Assembly (NCBI GenBank): GCA_031459235.1
Contig: JAVKIY010000001.1
Span: forward strand, 56,708 to 120,707
DNA: 64,000 nucleotides
Reading direction: 5' to 3'
DNA from: Candidatus Fervidifonticultor tertius
Lineage (GTDB): Bacteria > Sysuimicrobiota > Sysuimicrobiia > Sysuimicrobiales > Humicultoraceae
Shown: positions 50,536 through 60,720 of the stretch, piece after piece
How the letters are laid out: each line of letters begins with the position of its first letter
How positions within the stretch are numbered: position 1 is the stretch's first letter
Made by a program: the position numbers and the translations under genes
Notes under the pieces: generated by a model
What the model saw: the letters and a program-made list of their open reading frames with translations, nothing else
Databases searched by the model: none
What the model was told of the DNA's origin: nothing

Positions 50536-51553
50536 GGACCATCTCCCGCCTGACCAGCTCGCGCGGCAGGCCGAGCAGCACCCCGCGCGCGATCAGCCGG
50601 AGGTTGGCGACCTCGGCCGACTTCATCGTCAGGTAGCCGGTCACGATGTCCAACCCGAGCGGGTCGCCCCGCACGTACCGCTGGGCGAGCGTGGCCGCCA
50701 TCGCCGCGTCCAGCGTCCGCTCGAACGCCACCAGGTCGCGGGGCAGCTCCTTCACGGGAAACCCCTGTGCCCGCAGCCGCGCCCACGCCCGCGCCTGGCG
50801 GCCCTCGTCGGAGAGGTCCAGGAAGAGTCGGTCGGTGACCAGCGCCCCGCCCGGGGTGAAGAACCGCAGCCGCTGTTCGTCGGGCAGGCCGGCAGGCGCG
50901 AGCTTGAGCGCCGTCTTGACGTTGGCGGCGTCGAGCTCGGCGGTGAGGATCTCGCGGAGCGCTCGGGCGCCAGCACCGCGCGCCTGGCGGAGCACGTACT
51001 CGGCGTACGCCCGCTCCAGGCTGAGCTCGATCGCCAGCGGGTCGTTCGTGCGCGCGTCCTCGGCGACGCCGGCGGCCAGCGCCGGCGCGAGCGGGTGGTT
51101 GACCACCTCCAGCGCGCCGGCGAGCGCGGTCATCGTGGGCGAGCCCGCCATTTCCCGGAGCACACCTTCCCCGAGCGTCCCGGCCGGAATCACCGCCTCG
51201 AGGGTTTCCCCGGCCGACCGGCCGGCGTGTCGGCCGCGGACGATCGCGCGCAGGTTCGCCAGGTCCCATCGCAGCAGCAGGATGGTGATGAGCCGGTGCG
51301 GCGGCCCGTCGGCGAACTCAAGGATGCGCCGCGTGGTGCGCTGGAGGTTACGCGCCAGCGCGTCATCCACCGCGCGCACGCCCTCGTACCGTGTCAGGGC
51401 CTCCTGGAGGTCGTGCCCGTAGGGCGTGGCGGCGAGGGCCTGGATGAGGGCCGGCAGCGAGGCGGCGGCGAGCAAATCCTCCAGCTGCGTCGGCGCGAGC
51501 AGGCGGCCGCGCATCGCGCGCACCCTGGCGTTGATGTACGGAAAGTCAGGCAC
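50528..51553 (-). CDS. atpC: V/A-type ATP synthase subunit C (eukaryotic d homolog)
   Basis: 341 aa; YINARVRAMRGRLL N-terminus typical. Confidence 0.75.
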   Translation of the reverse strand: MPDFPYINARVRAMRGRLLAPTQLEDLLAAASLPALIQALAATPYGHDLQEALTRYEGVRAVDDALARNLQRTTRRILEFADGPPHRLITILLLRWDLANLRAIVRGRHAGRSAGETLEAVIPAGTLGEGVLREMAGSPTMTALAGALEVVNHPLAPALAAGVAEDARTNDPLAIELSLERAYAEYVLRQARGAGARALREILTAELDAANVKTALKLAPAGLPDEQRLRFFTPGGALVTDRLFLDLSDEGRQARAWARLRAQGFPVKELPRDLVAFERTLDAAMAATLAQRYVRGDPLGLDIVTGYLTMKSAEVANLRLIARGVLLGLPRELVRREMVRV

Positions 51554-51562
51554 CGCGGCCCT

Positions 51563-52144
51563 CTACTCCCACAGGATGCGCGCCACCTCCGCGGCCAGCA
51601 TCGGGCGCGCCCGCTCCAGGCGTGAGGCCAGGGTGTTGGTCACGACGAACCGGCCGTCGGGGGTGGCGACCCGCGCGCCACCGCGCACGGCCGGGTCGGT
51701 GCGGACCGTGACCTCCGCCCGGCCGCGCACGACCGCCTCGGCGGCGGCCGCGTCGTCGGGGTTGACCGTGACCACCGCGGGGCCCCGGACCCCGCGCAGC
51801 CCCTCGTCGATGAAGGCCCGCAGCACATCGGGATAGCGCTGCGCGTCGCCCGCCACGCGGGCCAGCTCCTCCTCGGCCTGCGCGAACACCCGGGCGATCT
51901 CCTCTTCCTTCGCCTGGAGAATCAGGGATGCCGCGCGGAGCTGCGCGGTGCTCTGCGCCTTGACGAGCGCCGCACGGGTCTCCGCCTCGAGGCGCTCCCG
52001 CGCCGCCGCGAGGTAGGTCTCCGCCTCGCGCCGAGCGCGGTCGCGGATCTCCTCCGCCTGCGCCCGCGCGTCGGCGAGCACCTGCTCACGCTCGGCCGCG
52101 GCCTCGCGCTCGAGCAGCGTAATGAGCTCGGAGGACGTCGCCAC
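51563..52144 (-). CDS. atpE: V/A-type ATP synthase subunit E
   Basis: 193 aa charged helical protein at the E position. Confidence 0.7.
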   Translation of the reverse strand: MATSSELITLLEREAAAEREQVLADARAQAEEIRDRARREAETYLAAARERLEAETRAALVKAQSTAQLRAASLILQAKEEEIARVFAQAEEELARVAGDAQRYPDVLRAFIDEGLRGVRGPAVVTVNPDDAAAAEAVVRGRAEVTVRTDPAVRGGARVATPDGRFVVTNTLASRLERARPMLAAEVARILWE

Positions 52145-52151
52145 CGCAGCC

Positions 52152-52481
52152 TCAGATCTTGCCGAGGATGAAGAACGCCACCAGGAAGCCGAAGATGATC
52201 ATCGTCTCGGGCAGGACCAGGAAAATGAGCATCTGGCCACCGATCTCCGGCCGCTCCGCCATCGCTCCTGCGGCGGCCGCGCCGATGCGCGACATCGCCC
52301 ACGCGGTGCCCACCGCACCGAACGCTACCGCGAGCGCGGCCGCCAGGCCGAGCAGGCCGTGCGCCATGGTAATCGTCCGGGCACCCTCGGGCGCCGCCTC
52401 CGCGGCGCACGCCGCCGACGCGCCGAGCAGCACCAGGGTCGCCACCGCGACCACGGATGAGAGCTTCTTCAACCTAGTCAC
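52152..52481 (-). CDS. atpK: V/A-type ATP synthase proteolipid subunit K
   Basis: Hydrophobic hairpin protein with conserved Glu (LVLPETMII); the listed GTG sits immediately after the AGGAG RBS, so true start is probably the TTG at 52472, 1 nt after the atpI stop. Confidence 0.7.
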   Translation of the reverse strand: MTRLKKLSSVVAVATLVLLGASAACAAEAAPEGARTITMAHGLLGLAAALAVAFGAVGTAWAMSRIGAAAAGAMAERPEIGGQMLIFLVLPETMIIFGFLVAFFILGKI

Positions 52482-54423
52482 CTCCTGTTTTCTGGAGCGG
52501 GCGGTACGAGTTGCCTGTTTCGTCGTGGTACTTCATCTTCGTTAGGAACTCCACCCAGTTGAGACGGGCGGGCTGAATGAGGTGGCCCGGCAACGTGAAC
52601 AGGAAGAAGATCATCTGTATCAGGATGCCGGCGATGATGCCGACCCAAACCGGCCCCAGCCGCCCTCCGAGTTCGTTCGACACGTTCGCGAGCACCGCCG
52701 CGGCCAGGCCGACCCCGAACAACCGCGCGTAGGACAGGACGTTCCCCATGCCGGAGATCGCCTCGAGCAGCCACATGGCCGCGAAGCGGTCCAGGGCGAA
52801 ACCGGCCAGGAAGAACACGAAGAACGCGATCAGGAGCACCAGCCCGGGGGCGAAGAAGGTCCGTGGCAGCTCGTTGCCCATCGCGCCGAGCAGGACGACC
52901 AAGCCGACCACGCCGCAGATGAGGGCGAGGGATTCGAGCACGCCCACCGTGTGCCGGTGCCGCAGGGCGATGAGGAGATGCAGGATGTTGCCCAACGTCA
53001 CCTGGACGACACCCAGCGCGACCGCGAACTTGAAGAACGCGGTGGCGAGCTCGATGCGGTGGAAGATGGGATGCCACCCCGTGGCGTGCTCCACCAGATC
53101 GCCGAAGATCTCGAGGTAGAGCACCCCGAAGAGCATCGTCCACACCGCCATCACCCGGATGATCCACGAGACGTCCGCCAGGACCGGCGGCGTCATGCGC
53201 AGACGGACTACCGGCACGATCCACGCCGCACCCCCGCGCGCCTTGTTGCGCAAGAACCACCCGACAGAGAACAGGATCGCCCCGTACGCCACGTCGCCGA
53301 TGACGATCCCGACGAACAGCGGGAAGAACAGCGCCAGGGCGAGCGTGGGGTCGAGCGACCCATAACGCGGCGGCTTGAACAGCCCAAGCAGCCGCTGGAA
53401 AGGCTTGATCGCGGGCGGGTTGTCCAGCAGCACCGGCACCTCGGCCGCGCGGTGCGGATCGGCTGGCGCCTCCTCCACCACGACATCGCCGCCGAAGCGC
53501 GCGCGCAGCGCCGCGCGCAGGTCGCCGACCTGGGCCGTCGGCGTCCAGCCGTGCAGGATGAAGACGTAGTGGGACGCGCCGAGCTGGGCCGCCGCGTGGA
53601 GCTGCGCGAGCCGGTCGGCGACCAGCGCCCGCAGCCCATCGATCACCGGGCGGTGGCGGCGCGCGGCCTCGGCGAGCGCGGCCTCGGCCTCGGCCCGCTC
53701 GCCCGGGAGCGCGGCGCGGCGTTGCTCCATCAGCCTGATCGCCTCGGCCGGACCGCCCTCGGCGTACCGCGCGGGCAGCCGCAGCTCGGCGATGCCGGCC
53801 CGGGAGAGGAACCCGCGTACCGCGTCTGCGTCCCGCTTGAGGAACGCGACGACGACCCCGATCTTGCCCTCGTCGATCGCCCGGCTGACGACCTCGACGC
53901 GGCCGTCGGTCAGCTCGCGGAGCTGGTTGTGCACCGCGGCCACGACGGTCAGGTCGCGGCCGCGCAGGATGAAGCCCACGCTCTCGAGCGCGCGGCTGCC
54001 CGCCAGGGCGTCCATCAGCGGGGCGAGGGCGCGGACCGCGCCCTCGTACGTGCGGATGAGCTCAAACTCCTCGTCCAGCTCCAGCCGGCGGCGGCTCAGC
54101 CCGTGGACCTCGGCCTCCACCGCGGCCACGGCGGCTTCCACCGCGTCCAGGTCGTCGGCGGCCGGCAGCGCCGGGACCGCGGCGGCGGGCTCCCCGCCCG
54201 AGGGCGGGAGCAGCCCGGCCAGGCCATCGAGGCGCGCGTGCAGCGCCTCCAGCCGCGCCTGCTCCGCGCGCGCATGGTCATCGAGGGCCAGGGCGCGGAT
54301 GGCGTCGTCGTCGGTCTCGATACGGTCGATGTGCACCGCACCCACGCGCTGCACCTCGTCGATGACCCCGTTGAGCAGCCGCCTGGGGCCGACGATCAGC
54401 AGGCGGGACATCTCAACGATCAT
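52474..54423 (-). CDS. atpI: V/A-type ATP synthase subunit I (a-subunit homolog)
   Basis: 649 aa; N-terminal soluble coiled-coil half and C-terminal multi-TM half. Confidence 0.85.
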   Translation of the reverse strand: MIVEMSRLLIVGPRRLLNGVIDEVQRVGAVHIDRIETDDDAIRALALDDHARAEQARLEALHARLDGLAGLLPPSGGEPAAAVPALPAADDLDAVEAAVAAVEAEVHGLSRRRLELDEEFELIRTYEGAVRALAPLMDALAGSRALESVGFILRGRDLTVVAAVHNQLRELTDGRVEVVSRAIDEGKIGVVVAFLKRDADAVRGFLSRAGIAELRLPARYAEGGPAEAIRLMEQRRAALPGERAEAEAALAEAARRHRPVIDGLRALVADRLAQLHAAAQLGASHYVFILHGWTPTAQVGDLRAALRARFGGDVVVEEAPADPHRAAEVPVLLDNPPAIKPFQRLLGLFKPPRYGSLDPTLALALFFPLFVGIVIGDVAYGAILFSVGWFLRNKARGGAAWIVPVVRLRMTPPVLADVSWIIRVMAVWTMLFGVLYLEIFGDLVEHATGWHPIFHRIELATAFFKFAVALGVVQVTLGNILHLLIALRHRHTVGVLESLALICGVVGLVVLLGAMGNELPRTFFAPGLVLLIAFFVFFLAGFALDRFAAMWLLEAISGMGNVLSYARLFGVGLAAAVLANVSNELGGRLGPVWVGIIAGILIQMIFFLFTLPGHLIQPARLNWVEFLTKMKYHDETGNSYRPLQKTGGD

Positions 54424-54444
54424 CCGCTCAGCCTCCGCGCACGC

Positions 54445-54801
54445 TCAACCGCCAACGACGCGCTCGACGACCGCGCGGACCGCGGCCGCCGTGCGGCCCG
54501 CGGCCTGGCGCCGCAGCGCCTCGACCTCCGCGGTCGCCTTCGCTTCGGCGTCCTGCTGGACGCGCGCGGCTTCGGCCGCGGCGCGTTCGCCGTACTCGGC
54601 GGACAGCGCGGCGGCCCGCTCACGGGCCTCGCGGAGCATCCGCTCGGCGTCCACGCGGGCCTGGGCGATGAGCGCCTCGGCCTCGCGCCGCGCCGCGCCG
54701 ACCTGGGCCTGGAGTTCACGTTCCTTCTGAGCGATGAGGTGCAGGAGATTGTCGTGACTGTGGCGGTCGCCCCCGTGCCCTGCTGGCTTCTGCGCCCCCA
54801 T
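54445..54801 (-). CDS. atpG: V/A-type ATP synthase peripheral-stalk subunit G/H
   Basis: 118 aa coiled-coil protein from ATG 54801; first gene of the operon, as in Thermus atpG. Confidence 0.5.
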   Translation of the reverse strand: MGAQKPAGHGGDRHSHDNLLHLIAQKERELQAQVGAARREAEALIAQARVDAERMLREARERAAALSAEYGERAAAEAARVQQDAEAKATAEVEALRRQAAGRTAAAVRAVVERVVGG

Positions 54802-54826
54802 TTGTGACGGTCCCCTTGGGAAAGCC

Positions 54827-54850
54827 TCACACGAAACCCCCAGGACAGGC
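54827..54850 (-). terminator. GC hairpin (CCCCCAGG-N8-CCTGGGGG) followed by UUUCGUGUG between nuoN and the V-ATPase operon
   Basis: Read directly; could end the nuo transcript or structure the ATPase 5' UTR. Confidence 0.3.
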
Positions 54851-54971
54851 GCCCTGGGGGCCCACTGCAGGTCGAGGATAGCAGAGGGTCCCCTGACCGT
54901 CAAGGCAAGGCGGATGCGGTGCGGCGCGGGTTTCCACGCACGGACGGGGCGCCGCGCACGGGCGCGGGCGC

Positions 54972-56411
54972 CTAGAACCGAAGCAGCAGCGACGCCGCGG
55001 ACACCAGGGTGACGAACGGCTGGGGAAACAGGCCGGCGGCGAGCGTGCCCAAGCCGGTGATGCCGAGCGCGAGCTGCAGCGCTGCGGGCTGGCCCACCGG
55101 CCCCGCGGAGGCCGGTGGCATCAGGAACATCGCCCGGATGACCCCCACGTAGTAGTACAGCGCGATCACACTGTTGACCACACCGATTGCCGCCAGCCAG
55201 ATGAGCCCGTTCTGGACCGCCGCCCCGAAGATGTAGAACTTCCCGACGAACCCCGCCGTCGGCGGGATGCCGGTGAGCGAGAGCATGAACAGCGCCATCA
55301 GCCAGGCCAGCGCGGGGGCGCGCTCGCCCAGCCCGGCATAGGCCGGAATGTCGTCGGTGCCCAGGCGCTGGCCCACCGTCACCGCGACGAAGAACGCGCC
55401 CAGATTGGTGAACGCGTACGCCAGGATGTAGTACAGCAGCCCCTGGGCGAACTCACCGGCGTAGGCGGCCACGCCCATGAGCAGGAAGCCGGCGTGCGAG
55501 ATGCTGGAGTAGGCCAGCATGCGCTTGATGTTGCGCTGCGGCAGCGCCAGCAGGTTCCCGACCGTCATGGTGACCGCGGACAGTCCCGCGATCAGCGTGA
55601 TCCAGTCCACCGGCGCCGAGGCGAACGCCACGGCCAGCAGCCGCAGGAGCACCGCGAAGCCGGCGGCCTTGGAGGCGACCGACAGGAACGCCGCGACCGG
55701 GGTGGGCGCGCCCTCGTAAACATCGGGGGTCCACTGGTGGAAGGGGACCATCGAGACCTTGAACCCGATGCCGGCCAGGGCCATCACCAGCGCCACCACC
55801 ACCGCCGGCCGGGGTGCGCCGCTGAGCGCGGAGGCGATCGCGTAGAGGCTCGTCTGCCCGGTGAGGCCGTAGAGGATCGAGAAGCCATAGATCATCACCG
55901 CCGAGGCCCCGGCGCCGAACAGGAAGTACTTGAGCCCGGCCTCGTTGCCCCGGCGGTCCGCCTTGAAGTACCCCGCCATGACGTACGAGCACAGGCTCAC
56001 GAACTCGATCGACAGCACGACCATGATCAGGTCGGCGCTCCCGGCCATCAGGCTGAGGCCCAGCGCGGTGAAGGTGAGCAGGATGTACATCTCGCCTTCG
56101 AACTGCGTCTGCCCCCGCAGCACGTCCATCGCCGAAAGGATCACCAGCACCGTGGACGCGACCGCGACAATCTTGAAGAAGATGGCGAACCCGTCCACGA
56201 CGTAGGTGCCGAAGAAGACCGTCCGCGGCGTGACCCCGACCAGGCCCAGGATGGGCACCAGGCCGAGGGTGAGTCCCGCCGCCGCCGCCCAGCCCACGAT
56301 CGCCTTGCGGCCGCTGGGGACGAACAGGTCCAGCACGAGCAGCAGCAGGCCGAGCCCCGCGAGCCAGATCTCGGGGCTGACGGCCCAGAGGTCCTCAATC
56401 GGCAGCGGCAT
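54972..56411 (-). CDS. nuoN: NADH-quinone oxidoreductase subunit N
   Basis: 479 aa, about 14 TM antiporter-like subunit. Confidence 0.9.
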   Translation of the reverse strand: MPLPIEDLWAVSPEIWLAGLGLLLLVLDLFVPSGRKAIVGWAAAAGLTLGLVPILGLVGVTPRTVFFGTYVVDGFAIFFKIVAVASTVLVILSAMDVLRGQTQFEGEMYILLTFTALGLSLMAGSADLIMVVLSIEFVSLCSYVMAGYFKADRRGNEAGLKYFLFGAGASAVMIYGFSILYGLTGQTSLYAIASALSGAPRPAVVVALVMALAGIGFKVSMVPFHQWTPDVYEGAPTPVAAFLSVASKAAGFAVLLRLLAVAFASAPVDWITLIAGLSAVTMTVGNLLALPQRNIKRMLAYSSISHAGFLLMGVAAYAGEFAQGLLYYILAYAFTNLGAFFVAVTVGQRLGTDDIPAYAGLGERAPALAWLMALFMLSLTGIPPTAGFVGKFYIFGAAVQNGLIWLAAIGVVNSVIALYYYVGVIRAMFLMPPASAGPVGQPAALQLALGITGLGTLAAGLFPQPFVTLVSAASLLLRF

Positions 56412-56420
56412 CGGTGGCGC

Positions 56421-57929
56421 CTACCGCAGGACCGTGACCAGGCTGGCCATGGCGGCGTTGATGACCTCGAGCAGCGGCCGCGGGTAGACACCGAAGACGA
56501 GCATGATGGCCGCGAGCGGCACGAGCGAGACCGCTTCGCGGCCGTCCAGGTCGGGCAGCGCGGCCCACCGTGGGTTCTTCGGGCCGAGGAAGATGCGCTG
56601 GATGGTCCACAGGAACATGGCCGCGGAGAACACGACCCCGGTCACCGCGATCACCGTGAGCTCGGGGAAGATCCCGAACGACCCGACGAAGATCAAAAAC
56701 TCCGCCACGAACCCCATGAGCCCGGGCAGGCCCAGCGAGGCCAGCATCGCCATCATGGTGATCCCGCTGTACCTCGGGAGCACCGCGCCGAGCCCGCCGA
56801 AGTCGTCCACGCCCCGCGTGTGCGCCCGGTAGTCGTAGATGACACCCACGATGAGGAACAGCGCGCCCGTGATGATGCCGTGCGCCACCATCTCGAAGAC
56901 CGCGCCGTTCAGCGCCAGGGTGGCCGCGCCGGCCCGCTCCGGGGCACCCACCGCGCCAGCGGCTGCGGCCACGCCCAGCATCACGTAACCCATGTGGTTC
57001 ACGCTGGAGTAGGCGACCAGCTTCTTGAGGTCGGGCTGGGCCATCGCGACAAGGGCGCCGTAGACCACGCCGATGACCGCCAGGATCGCCACGACGGGCG
57101 CGTACTCCCGGAACGTCTCGGGGAGCATCGGGAGGCTGATCCGCACGAACCCGTAGGTGCCCAGCTTCAGCAGCACCCCGGCCAGGATGACGCTGCCCGC
57201 GGTGGGGGCCTCGACGTGCGCGTCGGGGAGCCAGGTGTGGAACGGCCACATCGGCACCTTGATCGCGAACGCCAGGAAGAACCCCCAGAACGCCAGCGAC
57301 GCCAACAACGGCGCGCGCGCCAGCGGCTGCTGCCCGATCAACTCCAGGATGCCGAACGTCCGCGGCTCCGCGTTGAAGTAGAGCAGCAAGATGGCCAGCA
57401 ACATCGCGAGCGAGCCCACCAGGGTATAGAGGAAGAACTTGATGGCCGCGTACTCCTTGCGCGGGCCGCCCCAGATGCCGATCAGGAAGTACATCGGGAC
57501 GATCGACACTTCCCAGAACACGAAGAACAGGAAGAAGTCCAGGGCGGCGAACACGCCGACCATCGCGGTCTCGAGCAGGAGGAAGAGGAACAGGTACTCC
57601 TTGACGCGCACGTCCACGCGCCAGGAGTAGACGATCGAGAGCACCGTGAGGAGCGTGGTCAGGATGACCAGCGGCAGGCTCAGCCCGTCGATGCCGACGT
57701 GGTAGTGGACACCGATCGCCGGGATCCAGGCGTAGCGCTCCTGGAGCTGCATCTCCGCGCCGCCGACCTGGAAGGGCCCCAGCAGCCACAGGGAGACCAG
57801 GAACGCGAGCGCCGCGGTCGCCAGCGCGACCTGCCGCATCAGGCGCTCCTGGCCCTTGGGGATCAGCAGGACGATCAACCCGCCCACCAGCGGCAGGAAG
57901 ATCGTGATGCTCAACAGGTACCGGTCCAT
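56421..57929 (-). CDS. nuoM: NADH-quinone oxidoreductase subunit M
   Basis: 502 aa antiporter-like subunit. Confidence 0.9.
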   Translation of the reverse strand: MDRYLLSITIFLPLVGGLIVLLIPKGQERLMRQVALATAALAFLVSLWLLGPFQVGGAEMQLQERYAWIPAIGVHYHVGIDGLSLPLVILTTLLTVLSIVYSWRVDVRVKEYLFLFLLLETAMVGVFAALDFFLFFVFWEVSIVPMYFLIGIWGGPRKEYAAIKFFLYTLVGSLAMLLAILLLYFNAEPRTFGILELIGQQPLARAPLLASLAFWGFFLAFAIKVPMWPFHTWLPDAHVEAPTAGSVILAGVLLKLGTYGFVRISLPMLPETFREYAPVVAILAVIGVVYGALVAMAQPDLKKLVAYSSVNHMGYVMLGVAAAAGAVGAPERAGAATLALNGAVFEMVAHGIITGALFLIVGVIYDYRAHTRGVDDFGGLGAVLPRYSGITMMAMLASLGLPGLMGFVAEFLIFVGSFGIFPELTVIAVTGVVFSAAMFLWTIQRIFLGPKNPRWAALPDLDGREAVSLVPLAAIMLVFGVYPRPLLEVINAAMASLVTVLR

Positions 57930-57957
57930 CCGCCTCCCGTCCCCCTCCGCCCGGCCG

Positions 57958-59901
57958 CTACCGGAACAGGCCCGCGGCGAGCAGCACGATGACCCCGAGC
58001 GCGATCGCCAGCAGGTAGTTCTGCGCGCGGCCGGTCTGCACGTACCGGAGCACGCCGCCGGCGGTCTGCGCGATCCAGCCCAGTAGGTTCACGGCTCCGT
58101 CCACGACGTACAGGTCGAAGACCCGGTACAGTCGCGCCAGACCCAGGCCGGCGAAGCCGAACAGGTTCACGATCAGGTCGATCACGTAGACGTCGAAGGT
58201 CCTTAGCGCCCGGGCGACCGCGAGCGTCGGCCGGACGACCGCCGCCGCGTAGAGTTCGTCGAAGTAGTACTTGTGGGCCACCAGGGTGAACAGCGGGCCC
58301 GCGGCGCGCCGCAGGGCCCCCGACGGCACGACCTTCCAGTGGTAGACCGCCGCGGCGGCGGCGATGCCCGCGCCGGAGGCGCCCACGCCCGCGAGCGCCA
58401 CGCCCCAGCTGAACGCCGGGGCCTTGAGGCCCTCGAAGTGCAGGTAGTGGTGGAACGGGTTCCCCAGAAACGGCGCGCCGACCAGGCCGATGCCCGCCGA
58501 GAAGACCGCCAGCACCCACAGGGGCCGGGTCATGACCGCCGGGCTCTCGTGCGGGTGGGCGTGGTGCGACCGCGTCGTGCCGGCGAAGGTGTAGAAGATC
58601 ACCCGGAACATGTAGAACGCCGTCAGGAACGCCGCCGCCAGGGCCATCGCGTACAGCCCCCGGTGGTGGTGGAACGCCTCGAGCAGGATCTCGTCCTTAC
58701 TCCAGAAGCCGGCGAACGGCGGCACGCCGGCCAGCGCCAGCGTGCCGATCAAGAACGTCCAGTAGGTGGACGGCATGGCGCGCGCCAGGCCGCCCATCGC
58801 CTTGATGTCGTTGGTGTGCATCGCGTGGATCACGCTGCCGGCGCCCAGGAACAGCAAGGCCTTGAAGAAGGCGTGCGTCATCAGGTGGAACATGCCGGCC
58901 GCGTACCCGAGCATGCCCAGGCCGAGCATCATGTACCCGAGCTGGCTGATCGTCGAGTAGGCGAGCACGCGCTTGATGTCGTCCTGCACGACGGCGATCG
59001 TGGCCGCCATGAGCGCGGTGACCGCGCCGATCCACGCGACCACCGTGAGCGCCCCGTGCCCCGGTGACTCGAAGAACAGCAGGTAGGTCCGCGCGACCAT
59101 GTACACGCCGGCGGCCACCATGGTCGCGGCGTGGATGAGCGCGGACACCGGCGTCGGGCCCTCCATGGCATCGGGCAACCAGGTGTGCAGCGGCACCTGG
59201 GCCGATTTACCGATCGCCCCGCCGAAGAGGAGCACCGCGACCACGGTGAGCAGCGGCAGCCCGCCCACCATCATCCCCTCGAGCGCCCCGGCGTGCACCT
59301 TCGCGAAGATCTCCTCGAACCGGAACGTGCCCAGGGTGAAGAAGACCAGCAGGATGCCCAGGAACATGAAGAGGTCGCCGACGCGCGTCGTGACGAACGC
59401 CTTCATCGACGCGCGCGCGGCCGACGGCTTCTCGAAGTAGAACCCGATGAGCAGGTAGGAGCACAGCCCCACCAGCTCCCACCCGGCGTAGAGGAACAGC
59501 AGGTTGTTCGCGAGCACGAGCAGCAGCATCGACGCCGCGAAAAGCGACAGGTAGGCGAAGAAGCGGGAGAACCGCGGGTCGTCGTGCATGTACCCGACGG
59601 AGTAGACGAAGATCATCGACCCGACGATCGTGACCACGAGCAGCATGACGGTGGTCAGGTTGTCCACCCGCAGGCCCAGGTCGAGCGCCGTCTGACCGTA
59701 GGGCACCCAGCGCACGTTGAGCTCGTGGGCCTTTGCGCCCCCCAGCCCCTCGACGAAGATGCCGATCGACAGCAGCGCGGCCAGCCCGATGCCGGCGATG
59801 GCCACGTAGGCGCCCCGGCCCGGCAGCCTCGGCCCGAAGGCGAAGATGAGGGCGCAGGCGACCAGCGGCAGGACCGGGATCAGCCAGGCCAGCTCACGCA
59901 T
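57958..59901 (-). CDS. nuoL: NADH-quinone oxidoreductase subunit L
   Basis: 647 aa; antiporter-like core plus C-terminal lateral helix region. Confidence 0.9.
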   Translation of the reverse strand: MRELAWLIPVLPLVACALIFAFGPRLPGRGAYVAIAGIGLAALLSIGIFVEGLGGAKAHELNVRWVPYGQTALDLGLRVDNLTTVMLLVVTIVGSMIFVYSVGYMHDDPRFSRFFAYLSLFAASMLLLVLANNLLFLYAGWELVGLCSYLLIGFYFEKPSAARASMKAFVTTRVGDLFMFLGILLVFFTLGTFRFEEIFAKVHAGALEGMMVGGLPLLTVVAVLLFGGAIGKSAQVPLHTWLPDAMEGPTPVSALIHAATMVAAGVYMVARTYLLFFESPGHGALTVVAWIGAVTALMAATIAVVQDDIKRVLAYSTISQLGYMMLGLGMLGYAAGMFHLMTHAFFKALLFLGAGSVIHAMHTNDIKAMGGLARAMPSTYWTFLIGTLALAGVPPFAGFWSKDEILLEAFHHHRGLYAMALAAAFLTAFYMFRVIFYTFAGTTRSHHAHPHESPAVMTRPLWVLAVFSAGIGLVGAPFLGNPFHHYLHFEGLKAPAFSWGVALAGVGASGAGIAAAAAVYHWKVVPSGALRRAAGPLFTLVAHKYYFDELYAAAVVRPTLAVARALRTFDVYVIDLIVNLFGFAGLGLARLYRVFDLYVVDGAVNLLGWIAQTAGGVLRYVQTGRAQNYLLAIALGVIVLLAAGLFR

Positions 59902-59904
59902 CGG

Positions 59905-60216
59905 CTACCACTTCATGACGTTGATCTCGTCGACGTGGACGGTCTCCAGGTTCCGGTAGGCCGACATGACCAGCGCGAGACCCACGCCCGCCTCGCAGGC
60001 GGCCAGCGTGATGACCACCAGCGCGAACACCTGCCCGTTGAGCGCCCCGGGGGCGACGTACTTGTTGAACGCCACGAGGTTGATGTTCGCGGCGTTGAGC
60101 ATGAGCTCGACACCCATCAGGATCGCCACCGCGTTCCGCCGGGTGAGCATGGCGAACAGCCCCAGGCAGAACAGCAGCGTCGAGAGGACCAGGAAGTGCG
60201 TCAGGCCCAGCGTCAC
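59905..60216 (-). CDS. nuoK: NADH-quinone oxidoreductase subunit K
   Basis: 103 aa, 3 TM, conserved Glu residues. Confidence 0.9.
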   Translation of the reverse strand: MTLGLTHFLVLSTLLFCLGLFAMLTRRNAVAILMGVELMLNAANINLVAFNKYVAPGALNGQVFALVVITLAACEAGVGLALVMSAYRNLETVHVDEINVMKW

Positions 60217-60226
60217 GGACGCCTCC

Positions 60227-60718
60227 CTACCGCTCCCGCCGCGCGATAACGATCGCGCCCATCAGCGCGACCAGCAGGACGAAGCTGGTCACGATGAAGA
60301 CCAGGATGGCGCTGGTCAGGAACGTCGTGCCGATGGACGTGGCGGTGTACTGGGGCAGCGTCCCCGCCGCGCGCGGCCACGCGGTCCCGAAGAACACGGC
60401 CATCAGCAGGGCAGCCAGCACCGCCACCGCGATCGTGCCGGGCAGCACCTGCTCGTTGACCTGCCGGAACCGCGCGCCCGTGCCGTGCTCGGTGAGCATG
60501 ATGACGAACAGGATGAGGACGGTGATGGCGCCCGCGTAGATCAAGACCTGGATGCCCGCCACGTACTCGGCCTGCAGCAGGATGTAGACCCCCGCGATCC
60601 CCAGCAGCGTCGGGATGAGCGACAGGGCGCTGCGGACGATGTTCTGCGAGGCGACCACGACGACCGCCGAGACGAGGGTCACCACCGACAGGATGATGAA
60701 CGCGGCGAGCTGTCCCAT
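60227..60718 (-). CDS. nuoJ: NADH-quinone oxidoreductase subunit J
   Basis: 163 aa from ATG 60718 (MGQLAAFIILSVVTLVSAVVVV). Confidence 0.8.
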   Translation of the reverse strand: MGQLAAFIILSVVTLVSAVVVVASQNIVRSALSLIPTLLGIAGVYILLQAEYVAGIQVLIYAGAITVLILFVIMLTEHGTGARFRQVNEQVLPGTIAVAVLAALLMAVFFGTAWPRAAGTLPQYTATSIGTTFLTSAILVFIVTSFVLLVALMGAIVIARRER

Positions 60719-60720
60719 GG

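Noticed and set aside
52472-52481. GTG at 52481 as start of the V-ATPase proteolipid gene.
   Set aside because: The AGGAG Shine-Dalgarno abuts this GTG with zero spacing. The TTG at 52472 (9 nt spacer, 1 nt after the atpI stop) is the more plausible start. I kept the ORF coordinates but flagged the ambiguity.
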